Shown piece after piece: positions 52,411-64,000 of a stretch of 64,000 nt of DNA (the stretch's first letter is position 1; every line of letters starts with the position of its first letter). A program made the position numbers and the translations under genes. Source of the stretch: Octopus sinensis (Eukaryota); contig NC_043006.1 of assembly GCF_006345805.1 (NCBI RefSeq), positions 30,814,001-30,878,000 on the forward strand. Direction: 5' to 3'. The notes beneath the pieces are model-generated. The model did not search any database and had not been told where the DNA came from. It saw only the letters and a program-made list of their open reading frames with translations.

Positions 52411-53603
52411 AGTGTTGAAATTTATTTCTCTATCACTTACACCACGGCTATCTACCTCCCTTCTTTTCAATCTATCTCTATGTGTTATAGGACGATATGG
52501 CACCTTTTTTTACGTCTAGATAAGGAAACGGCCCTGTAACATGCATTCACTAATTCCCTGACCATCACCTCTAACTATTCAGACTGTGAATGTACATAAC
52601 TAAAGCATCTGTTCACGCAGTTCCCTGGTTGACTTTAACTGAACAATTAAGACATAAAAAGTACTCTAATTTCTCATTCTCTCTCTCTCTCTTCCACATA
52701 CTTTCTGAGCATGAAATCTCACCCTTTCTTCCTCTCTATACACTCACATAAACATACTCTGTCTCCGGTCAAACAGATTCTCACCCTATATCTCACAAAT
52801 TATCTTTGCCTAAACACACACATTTTCTAACTCTCCTTCTCTCTCACTCTTCACTCAATCTCCGTTTTCTCCTCACACTTCCTCTAAACACACGTATATC
52901 TACTACTGACCCTTACAGCTCTCATCCTCAATACAAACACACAGCATTCACAGACGAACATATTGTATATACTTTATTCATTCACATTATACTTCCTCCA
53001 ACCTCTTTCGCTTAATACAAACCTCTCTTTTACTGTTTGAAGCAATCAATTATGAATATATATTATTACACAATCTAACAACAGCTGGATGGAAGCGCCA
53101 GCATTTGTAAAGTTTAGAAAATTCAGAATTGCATGGCTCCCAGCTGGTTGCAAAAAGTGATAAAACCATAAGGTTTAAAACTACAAATGACCCAAGAATT
53201 CCGTAACAACAAGAATGGCAACGAAATAATTGCAAGAAGGAACTTTACTAGGTGGATCAAACTAAACATATTTTCATGCAGCCAAGTAAAAATACAGATG
53301 AAAATACGAGAAATGTCTGCATGTGCGTATGTATGTATGTATGTCTGTGTGTGTACACACGCACGCTCAGGAAAAGAGAGGGGTGGAATATATGTAAATG
53401 TGTTTATACGTGTTCGTGTGTGTGCTCGTGTTATTGAATGAATATGTGTGTTTTAATGTTTGTTTGTTTTTTTTTCGAAACAATACTTCAAGGATCATTC
53501 AAGGAATTTATGTAGAGAAACATTGAAAGTGATTTCGAAGTTTCGGGTCATTCGCGTTGGCCACACGGAGACATGCAACCATCTCTCTCTCTCTCTATCT
53601 CTC

Positions 53604-53660
<57 letters not shown>

Positions 53661-53671
53661 TTTATAGAAGG

Positions 53672-53722
53672 AGCTTCTACAGGACTAGAACTGTTTCATT
53701 CAAATGAAATCATCAGGAAGCC
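53672..53722 (-). ncRNA. Type I hammerhead motif, antisense arm of the palindrome
   Basis: Same motif on the minus strand with stem I GGCTTC/GAAGCT; the second-unit copy (~54194-54244) has a 1-nt deletion next to the core. Confidence 0.7.
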
Positions 53723-53723
53723 T

Positions 53724-53774
53724 GGTTTCCTGATGATTTCATTTGAATGAAACAGTTCTAGTCCTGTAGAAGCT
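53724..53774 (+). ncRNA. Type I hammerhead motif (second copy 54246-54296)
   Basis: GGTTTC-CTGATGA-TTTCATTTGAAT-GAAA-CAG ttctagtc CTG-TA-GAAGCT: full core, 4-bp stem III, GUA triplet, 6-bp stem I with two G-U pairs; stem II short with a U-U first pair. Confidence 0.7.
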
Positions 53775-54652
53775 CCTTCTATAAAATAAATTAATTTACT
53801 CTGCCATGTATTGAGTACCTTATTTACTGTGGTTAACCCCGACTCAACCCGGGACCTACATATATATATATATATATATGATATTGAAGCCAGTTCAGTG
53901 GCATGTTATGGACCCACTTTAATAAACTAATTCACTCTACTTTGGTATTGAGAATATTATTTTCTAGGCTCGTTACTCAATAACGGCTTGTGTGTGTGTG
54001 TATACACACACACACTCATATACATATTGTATATATATATCTATATCTATATAAACACACACTCACACGATTGTGCCCCAACATGGCCGCAGTCTAATGA
54101 CTGAAGCAAGTAAAAGAAAAAATAATCTATACATACATGTATATATATATATTATATATATATATATCTATATATATATTTATTTTATAGAAGGAGCTTC
54201 TACAGGACTAGAACTGTTTCATTCAAATGAAATCATCAGAAGCCTGGTTTCCTGATGATTTCATTTGAATGAAACAGTTCTAGTCCTGTAGAAGCTCCTT
54301 CTATAAAATAAATTAATTTACTCTGCCATGTATTGAGTACCTTATTTACTGTGGTTAACCCCGACTCAACCCGGGACCTACATATATATATATATATATA
54401 TGATATTGAAGCCAGTTCAGTGGCATGTTATGGACCCACTTTAATAAACTAATTCACTCTACTTTGGTATTGAGAATATTATTTTCTAGGCTCGTTACTC
54501 AATAACGGCTTGTGTGTGTGTGTATACACACACACACTCATATACATATTGTATATATATATCTATATCTATATAAACACACACTCACACGATTGTGCCC
54601 CAACATGGCCGCAGTCTAATGACTGAAGCAAGTAAAAGAAAAAATAATCTAT

Positions 54653-54686
<34 letters not shown>

Positions 54687-54942
54687 CTGTCTGTGTCATC
54701 ATCATCATCGTTTGATGTTCGCTTTCCATGCTAGCATGGGTTGGACGATTTTGACTGAGAGCTGGCGAACCAGATGACTGCACCAGGCTCCAATCTTGAT
54801 CTGGCAGAGTTTCTACAACTGGATGCCCTTCCTAACGCCAACCACTCTGAGAGTGTAGTGGGTGCTTTTTACGTGCCACCGACACTGGGGCCAGTCAGGT
54901 GGTACTGGCAATGACTTCGCTATATATATATGCATGTACATG

Positions 54943-56030
54943 TATTGGCTCATCACATAAATAATGTAGTTTTTTATACTTTTTATTTTTCAAAATTAAG
55001 ATAAAGTTCTTTTTTAATCTAAAATATACTCTCCTTCATTTTCTACAATGCTCTTCCATCTATCTGACAGACTTGCAAGGCTCCTCTGCCAAAATTCACT
55101 TGTCTGTGATGAAAAATACTCCTCCAATACTGTTCTGACCGCATCTGCAGAATTCATATTTTTTTCCTTCCAAATGATTTTGAAGACTGCAGAATAAATA
55201 ATAATCAGATGGGGTAATGTCCGGCAAATATGGTGGGTGGGGCATCATTTCCCATTCAAACTGTTCAACCTTTGGAATGTCATTCGAGCATTATCCTGAT
55301 GGAGGAAGACCATTTGTCTTGAAACCAAAGATGGTCATTTTTCTTCTAGCGCTCACATAAGCTGCTCACAGTTGGTCTCCTTTGCTATCGTTTAGTTTGG
55401 GTTTAAAAGTTCAAAGTGGACTAAACCTTTCATATCTCACCAAACAAATAACAACATCTTACATGGGTAAAAATCTTTAGCCTGGGGTGCTGGTGTTTCT
55501 CCTTGCCCTACCCACTGTCTTTGGCACTTGACATTTTTATAGAGAACCCATTTCTTGTCACCAGTCACTATTCGGTCCAAAAATGGTTCATTTGTGAGAT
55601 GTGATAGCAAAGAAGAACATACATTCACTCTCTGCAAGTGATTAGACTCAGAAAGTTTGTGAGGAACCCATTGACACAATTTGCTGACTTTTCCGATGGC
55701 ACACAAGTGTCGATGAATCATTGAATGTCCAAATCCAAGCTTTTCTGCTACTTCCTCAACTGTTACAATGGGATCTTGTTCCACCAGGATTTGCAGGATG
55801 TCCTCATTGAGCTCTACAGATCTTCCAGGATGATGCTCCTCTTCTAGGTTGTAGTTTCCGGCTCAGAATTTCTGGAACCACCATTGACACTGGCTTATTG
55901 TCCATTCCCCATATACTACATTAATATTCCTCACACTTCCTGTTGCGTTATTGCCTTTATTGAACTCATAAAGTAAGATATGATGAATATGCTCCTTTGT
56001 CACTTCCATTATAGCTTTGAAAAAAATAGC
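54943..56030 (-). mobile_element. Decayed mariner transposase
   Basis: WVPHKL, FLDRIVTGDKKWVLY and HPPYLPDITPSDY are mariner signatures (WVPHEL, YSPDL); TIRs not resolved. Confidence 0.88.
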
Positions 56031-56399
56031 GGTTAAAATCGAACTGCACTCTTCAAAATTGTACTAAGAATAAGGAGGAGGTAAAATTACTACCTGCTTT
56101 TCTAGCAAGTTGATGCAGGTAGTTTATCCTGTTCCTCTCTGACTTTTATCATCATAATTATCGTTTTAACATCCGTTTTTCCATGCTCGCATGAGTTGGG
56201 TGGAATTTTTTGAGGTGGATTTTCTACCCATCCTGTCACCCATCCATTCTCACACAAAGTAATATTTCCCCATGACCAGACATGTGGGAAATGGACACCA
56301 CTTGCATGATGGTGCCACTCGTTTACAACCATCACGTGATGTCAAAGCAAAGAGACAGTAACACACTTCTACGTGTATATATCTCCTTCATACTTACCA

Positions 56400-56730
56400 T
56401 TTGTATTGACTGTCCTTGTATGCCACCGTTCTGATGGTCTACCCTGGCATCTGAGGTTCGTTGGTGATGGCCCCCATTGAATTTCTCCGACCATCATCAA
56501 GACTGTTTTGAACCCAGTGAGTGAATTGCTATGTTCCTAAAGTGCCTGACTGTTAAGAACGTTGAAACATTCTCCTCAGATGCTTCAAATTCCATCTGAC
56601 CTTAGTTTGCAGCAGATCTTGTAACATTTAGAAAGTTGGCAATTTATAAATCACTCTATTCTGCACATTTGGCAACAACAACTGCATCTCTTTTCATTTC
56701 TTGCATTTCATTTTATATGCCATGGAGGAT
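56400..56730 (-). mobile_element. Decayed Tc1/mariner (possibly maT-like) transposase N-terminal fragment
   Basis: MKRDAVVVAKCAE*SDL*IANFLNVTRS..EFEASEENVS resembles the HTH N-terminus of such elements from memory; multiple stops. Confidence 0.45.
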
Positions 56731-57719
56731 CTGAAAGAAATAAAATCCTTTTGATTTAAAGACAGTAATATACTGATAATTAAAGTGTTCTCAAATATCA
56801 CTTGTACTCTCTCTCCATCTATCTATCTATATATAAATATATATATATATATACATACATGTATGTATGTATGTATATATATCCATTAATTTGGATGATG
56901 AAAGCGTATATACTAATAGAGAAACAGGTCCAGAAATAGCCAAACACCGAGCTGGCTTAACTGATAATGGCAACAGAAATTACCGAAACTGACATCAGTC
57001 TTAAGAATTCTCAGTTGGCATTTTTTGGACAGTTAGTATATATGTTTTTACTCATGTGTATTAACTACAGCATTTTAGCTCTTATTTCTAGCATTGTAGT
57101 TGTTTCTTATCACCCTAGTCACATTTAGTGACAATTATAATTCTTCTTTTAGGTGAAACATTGCAGCCTGCTCTTTACATTAATTTTGTATTATAAAATA
57201 TATATATATATCTATATATATGATGATATATAATATATATATCTATATATAATGTGTGTGTATGTAAATATCAAATAACGAGAACGTGTGCTCAGCACCA
57301 CTGTTCCATGCTTGCATGGATGAGATGGAGTTCACTAAAGCCTGTTTTCTATGGCTGCATGCCCTTCCTGTCACCAACCCTCACCTGTTTCCAAGTAATG
57401 TTTGTATGTGGCCAGACATGTTTTTGTTCAAGACTGGAAACAGCACACCTTGTATTATAGTGACACTTACTTACAACTATCACACAATGTCAGGACAAGG
57501 GTACAGTAACACCTGTGCGCAAACATGTATACACACACACGCATTATTGTCGTTGTCATCATCATCATACGCCTGTTTTCCATACTGGTGTGTGTTGGAT
57601 GGTTTGACACGCTGTACCAATTTTCAGTGTCAGCTTGGGCATGGTTTCCATAGCTGGATGCCCTTCCTTAAAACCAACCATTTTGCAAAGTGTTACTGGG
57701 TGGTTGTTCTCTTGCCACT

Positions 57720-59010
57720 GGTGCTAGTGAGGTTGGTAAGTAAATTGCAAGACAAAATCTCTTCCTACTGAGTGGGGATGGGTGGGTGAAGTATTTGACA
57801 GGGGGGAGGTGGTGGTTTTTATGCCAGTTGAAAGGTTAAAGTATGATAGAGGGACAAGCATAAGTGTCCTGCTATGGAGGAGATACATGGCTACTCTCCA
57901 CTTGATATAGAGGTGAGTGGAAGTAGATGGGAGTGAGGGAATGCCAGAGCAAACTGTCCAGGTACAAGAAAGTGTGCATAAGAGATGAGAGGCAGGCAGT
58001 GGAGGAGAGTACATTCATAAGAGGGTGAAGGGAGGAGTAAGAGATGTTTAAAGAGGGGGGTAGAAGTGAATGCAGTGGGTAATGAATAAGGGTGATAGTG
58101 TGGGAAATACCAGTATGGAAAGGGGGAAAGGTGAGGAAGGAGGGTAGATCAGAAGGTGGAGGATGATGAGCCTGATGTAGGAGTACATAAGGGTGGCTTT
58201 AATCAGTGGAGCATGATGGCAGATAGGTGAGCTGTTAAGGCGGAGTTTGGCAGGGGAGAGAAATAACCAGAGACTCAGAAAGGAGGTTATCATTGTGGGA
58301 GAGGAAGGGAGGATAATGGGAATAAGGGGTGGAAATGGTTGGTGGGTGGTGTGAGGTAATTGATATTGCAAAGAAGTGGGGGGGAGGTAATATGTGCTGA
58401 TGCGGGGAGGGGGGGCCCTTAAGTGTCATAGATAGAGGAGTGATGGAGGGCTGGGGAATGCTCGATTTGGTTAGAAGCAGAAACAATGTTTTTGGGACAT
58501 CACTTTTGCTGTGCTGGACAAGTCTTCTCAAGCACAGTGACTTGCCTTGGCCCATTGCCTCTGTGAAGCTCAGCCTTCACTGGTTTTTTCCCCATGTCTT
58601 TCTGGGTTTCTTCCTTCCATAAGCACTTTAAGCAACCAGCACTTCTATATGCAGTTGTCCTCATCCATACACGTCACATGACCAAACCATCACAGTCTTC
58701 TCTCTTGCACACTACATCTGATTCCTCTTACAATAATTTTTCTCTCCGTACAATTAGCATTTTGTCATACATGCACTTTCACATTGCACATCCAGCAGAG
58801 CATACTAGCTTCATTCCGCTTCAGTCTTTGCATGGCCTCAGCATTCACAGCCCATGTCTCACTACCATACAACATTGCTGTTTGTATGATCTGCTGTTCA
58901 CTCAGAGAGAGATGTTTTGTTGTTAAGAGAGGTAATAGATCTCTGAACTTTCTCAATCCTCTCCTTATTCTAGCAACTATACTTTCAGAACATCCTCTCC
59001 TCCACTAGAA
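57720..59010 (-). mobile_element. RTE-clade LINE 3' portion with purine/pyrimidine-skewed tail
   Basis: RKFRDLLPLL..AMLYGSETWAV..RLKRNEASMLCWMCNV at 58765-58956; skewed region 57720-58470. Confidence 0.8.
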
Positions 59011-59694
59011 AACTAAAACTATCAACTACCTTTAGGAGCCTCCAAATCAGACTAGAAAATATATTTCCCATGTGTCTTCAGTGTCTCTTGCTTCTGCACA
59101 CCTACCACTTAGACGACTTTCTCCATTGGCATTCTTCTGATTCCACTGCACCTCGTATATTATACATTTGTGACCAACTTTCTTTAGATTTGCTCTACCA
59201 AATACAATCACAGCACTTCGGGCAGCCTGGGACTGTAGTAGAAATGTGGTTGGCAAGCAAACTTCTTAGCTGCAGAGCTACACCTTTGCCTTATATTCAG
59301 TGTGTGTGTGTGTAGATACATATGTAAATGTGTATATCATCTTATGTATATGTGTGTGTATATGTATATCTATATGTACAAGTGTATCTATATGTACAAG
59401 TGTACATACAAGTGTATCTACACACACACATACACATATAGATATACATATACACACACATGCATAAATTTATTTATATATATATGTACAAGTGTGTGTA
59501 TATTTATATATATATGCATGTATGTGTATATGTATATCTGTATGTATGTGTGTGTGTGTGTGTGTAGATACATATGCAAATGTGTATATCATATGTATAC
59601 ATAAGTATATATGTGTGTGTGTGTATATGTATATCTATATGTATAAGTGTACATATATATATAAATACATTTATGCATGTGTGTGAATATATGC

Positions 59695-59990
59695 ATATAG
59701 GTGTCAGCAATATGATAGGTAAAGCAATTAAGGATATTAAGAAAGGGAAAGCCCCTGGTCCATTAGGAATTATTGATGAGGTACTTAAAATATCTATTGG
59801 AGTGGGATCTGGGTTAGCCACTCGTACACTTAGGTTGTACAAGAAGGCATCATCTCCGACAACTAGTGTAGCAGTGTCATATTCAACTGCTACAGGTAAA
59901 GGAAAAGAAGACACCTTAGAGACATGTAATTACAGAGGTGTCAAATTATTGGACCTGGTGATGGAAGTTACTGAAAAGGCCATAGCCATA
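59695..59990 (+). mobile_element. RTE-clade LINE reverse transcriptase N-terminal fragment
   Basis: KAIKDIKKGKAPGPLGIIDEVLK..GKGKEDTLETCNYRGVKLLDLVMEV. Confidence 0.85.
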
Positions 59991-60625
59991 ACATTCGTCT
60001 CTTTTAATACCCCTTGAATATCCAACTCTGAATATTATGAACTCTGAGGAAGCTTCTGTCAAATGGTCTTCACCAGAAAGCTGGGTTTTTGAAAGGGCTG
60101 CTATGTGTTGAGATGCACTCTGACATTCAGAATGATCTGCAAGTTCTAGAAGGATTCTTACATCCCAACAACCAATGCTAAAAAAATGTGTCTTTTTTTA
60201 TCATCATCATCATTTAACGTCTGTCTTCTATGCTGGCATGGGTTGAACAACATTTGAGATGGACGTTAAATTAGAATAAAATCTTGTGTTAAGTCTGTAT
60301 TTTATTTTTACTTTTGATGGACTGCTATTATTAGCAGCAAATTATCCAACATCAGTGGACAGGTAATTTTTAGAGCACCTTCCCAGACATAGAGTGATTA
60401 GGTGAGCAGCGCTTTCCTAACTCCACCAAAGCAATTGCTATCTATGAAAACATAACAATGTTAGGATAAGTTTCTTGCCACCCTTGAGTGTAGATTTGTG
60501 ACAGTGCTCCTCCCATTTGGTTGTCTGCACACAACACCACTCCTCCATTGTCACAGTACTTTAATATAGAAACATATATAGGTATATTTAAGCATGTATG
60601 TAAGTAGATGTACATACACACACAC

Positions 60626-60700
<75 letters not shown>

Positions 60701-61459
60701 AAAGTTTACGAAAAAAAACAAAAGACGAAGACAGGTGGTGTACAAAACAAACAGATGTATTAGTATAACGCTCAGGAATAGAAAAAGTCTTTTACATTTT
60801 GAGCCTACGCTCTTCTACAGAAAGGAACACAGAAAAAACAAGGAGAGAAAAAAATGTGTCTAGTGGCTAATATATATATATATATATATTGAACCAGCCA
60901 GGATCCCTGGTCTGGTGGTACGTAAAAAGCACTATCCGACTCGTGGCCGATGCCAGCACCGCCTTGACTGGCTTCCGTGCCGGTGGCACATAAAATACAC
61001 CAATCCGACCGTGGCCGTTGCCAGCCTCGCCTGGCACCTGTGCAGGTGGCACGTAAAAAGCACCCACTACACTCACGGAGTGGTTGGCATTAGGAAGGGC
61101 ATCCAGCTGTAGAAACATTGCCAGATTAGACTGGAGCCTGGTGCAGCCTTCTGGCTTCCCAGAACCCCGGTCGAACCGTCCAACCCATGCTAGCATGGAG
61201 AACGGACGTTAAACGATGATGATGATGATGATATATATATGCATATGTATTTTTTGTGTGGGTATGAAAAACAAATCCTAGAATTGTTCACAACCAATAT
61301 GTAGATATTTCAAATATATTTTTGGATTTCTTTTGCATATTAGTTAAGAGAAGGGTCATGTTATCTGTCCTGTTGAATTAGTTTTGCACATTAAATTTTG
61401 GAAATCATCAACCAGTAAGTTTTTTCACAAAACACAGATGATTTAATAATGAAGTTCCA

Positions 61460-62040
61460 AGCAACAGCTAGAATTTTGCTGAGGAGAACCCTAGATCTTT
61501 TTGTCTTTGTCACTGTGGTGGATAACATCTTTCAGCAAAGTCTTGACCTCCTCAAAAGGCCTCAGCCTCAACCCAATATTATCAAAATGTCCTCAATGAC
61601 TGCATCTCCCTGACCTTGGCTATGTTGATAATCTTCTCACAGCTCATCAACTGTGTGATGTGCAACACCTGTTAATATCCCTTAAGAATGCTACAACCAA
61701 GGTCAGTCTCTTTTCTAGTACAAAGAAGACAGGTGAGTGATTTTAAGTACTTTGGATTCTGCATTACTGACAGTCTGAAAGATTTCTCGACTTGCAAGGA
61801 CAATCCTGGAATACTTGATAACATTTTGCAATCAAGCTTCTCATGAGTGCCCAGTGAATCTCATGTGTCAGCGCAAGATGAAAGAGCGGGTTTATGGACA
61901 CATTCCACTTGTTTTTTTTACAGTTGTTGCTCAATTTAAAATATAGCTTTGATGGCCTGCACTTCTGTGATCAGCATCAGGCCATATCAGAGGTTATACT
62001 ATGGAGACTTCTGCACTGTAATAGAGGAAGAAAATTACTT
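61460..62040 (+). mobile_element. Highly decayed RTE-like RT fragment
   Basis: Short motifs LFVFVTVVD, LPDLGYVDNL (YADD-like) and VSDFKYFG in shifting frames. Confidence 0.6.
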
Positions 62041-64000
62041 ATCTATGTTGTTATTGGAAGGACCACAAGATGAAATTGAGGACCTACAAGTAATGATGGG
62101 GGTGAGTTTAGGGTGCAATGTTGGTGCAACACATCTCAGTTGTGGCCAATAATTTAAAATGTGTTATTGTTTGTTGTGACATAGGCAGAGGGGAAACTGA
62201 AATGATAAATGGAGAAGGAGTGAATGGCAGTTGAAGATGTTAAATGTAGGTGAGGGGAAAGTAAAAGCATTGTGATTACCATGAGATGTAGTGAGAGGTG
62301 TTGCAATGGCTGGAATAGCAAGTAAAAGAATTGGAAGCAATACATACCTCATGTTGATTTTAAAGTATAGAAGTTCACACATGAGCACATACACTTTTAC
62401 ATATGCACATGTGCACACACACACACAAGTGATATAGATTTTTGTTTTCCCCACTGAATCTCATATATGACTATTGTTAAGACAGCATTTAAGTAGAAAG
62501 AGTTCCATGGCTATAAACAAAGTTTGGTTTGATTTTATAACTTTGTCCACAACACTGTTGTTAAAGAGGGTTGATCCAAGTGTGCTGTTATTAATAACTA
62601 CACTGCAATGGGGTACAAATTGAAACCAGCCTATTTCAAAAGTGTTATTGTCAAAGCCTTTTCTCTTGTAAGATTTTTATGGAACAAATATCACAACAAT
62701 ATTGGTACCATTGAATTGTTGCTTCCGTACAAACACTGTTCCTTGACACAGAACAAAGCACAACGTCTTCATATACAAGTCTAAGACTATTTGAAGTATG
62801 ACAGGCATTGCCAATTTAGATTTTCCAAGAAATGCAGTGGTTTGTATAGAAAATGTTTCTTTTTTATTCTTTGATTATTTCCAAATAACACCATCATGAT
62901 TCCTTTGAGATTGCTGTTAACATATTGTGATCTCTCTCTCTCACATACACAGAGTTTGTCATTGGCAATAATAAAGTATGAATTTGTATTTGTTTTCTCA
63001 TTTTGTCTTTTATCTAATTGTGTATGTACAAAGGAATCATTTGCATGTGTATACAATATAAACCGTGTGTGTGTGTGTTTATATAGTATAAATCATTTGT
63101 GTGTGTGTGTTTATATAGTATAAATCATTTGTGTGTGTATGTATATATAGTACAAATCATATGTGTTTATATAGTACAAATAATTTGTGCACGTGTATAT
63201 GTTATAGTTCGTTTGCTTGCTTTCGAGTCGATCATGTCATCAATAACTTTATTGTTGTTCAGCTCCCATTCATTTCCGCTTTACTGATTTCCCTTATTGA
63301 TTCAACATCAATATTTTCCATCAATCATTTCTGTAGGTTCCGTTAAATCATAGGATGTTAAACGACCTTTAAATATCGTTACTTTGATCCTTGAAGTTAT
63401 TTCATTAACATCATCATCATCATCATTATTATTACTATTATTGAAGGAGCTCGGAAAACAAACTCAGCTCTCTTGCATAACTTTTAAAGGATCATATGAG
63501 CAACACCTGTTTGTTGTCCCCTGTCACTGGTGGTGTTGGATGGATTTCTTTCCATAGCTATTCCACTTTCACATAAGTCTCTTGTTCTAGTTTTCTTTTA
63601 CCATTCTTCATGCTCTTTTTCACTGTTTCATCATTATTTGATGCCCCCAGTTCCCACTCTCTCAGAATCCTTCTGCTGTGACGATTCTAAAATACAACTG
63701 CATATCATTTTTCTATCTCTCTGAAGAGATTTTACCTAATATAATGATTTTGATAATTGCTATTTAATCTGTTAGGCTTAATTGAAACAGCTGTAAGGGA
63801 CTGTTTGATTTTTGCAGATAATAAATTTTTATTAAATGCTATATCTCCATTTTCCTACTTTCTTTTGAAGGATTATAAACCATGTTTTATATATATATAG
63901 CAAATGAAAGACGGAAGATGGAATATATGAGAATTTATAATAAATCACAACAATTGTTCCAACACATCTAGCATCTAAGTGTAATTATTTATTATTTTTT

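Larger units (their letters stand above)
53655..54690. repeat. Direct tandem duplication, 2 x 522 bp, each unit starting with a ~137-bp palindrome
   Basis: Constant 522 offset (CTGATGA at 53730 and 54252; pseudo-ORFs at 54073 and 54595); units separated by (TA)n. Confidence 0.92.

Noticed and set aside
60442-60633. ORF segment YCDNGGVVLCADNQMGGALSQIYTQG as a host exon
   Set aside because: No recognisable family and no convincing splice boundaries.
62164-62454. Signal-peptide-like ORF (MRYVLLPILLLAIPAIATP)
   Set aside because: Short, starts in a (TG)n repeat, and is the antisense of a purine-rich, probably LINE-derived stretch; hydrophobicity follows from composition.

Overview
AT-rich, microsatellite-dense eukaryotic DNA. 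The SINE and LINE families look like a coleoid cephalopod, most probably Octopus (inference from pattern recognition, no search run). The only host protein-coding gene I can support is formimidoyltransferase-cyclodeaminase (FTCD) on the minus strand: 11 coding exons from 18925 down to 313, all GT-AG, joining into 1304 nt of open frame. The last exons lie left of the window and a non-coding first exon must lie upstream. The remaining ~45 kb is mostly transposon-derived: a nearly complete Penelope-like element (PLE; RT plus GIY-YIG) between ~1.9-kb inverted arms, other PLE fragments, Tc1, mariner and pogo remnants, RTE LINE pieces, MITEs and tRNA-derived SINEs. A CpG-rich candidate bidirectional promoter lies near 51.5-52.4 kb. 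The most notable structure is a set of minimal type I hammerhead ribozyme (HHR) motifs, intact and decayed, nearly all in fold-back palindromes of the same divergent polarity. One is a palindrome carrying a HHR on each strand, inside a 522-bp tandem repeat. Ribozyme activity, transcription and UTR exon usage are untested. Exon and HHR coordinates were counted by hand; boundaries of decayed repeats are approximate.
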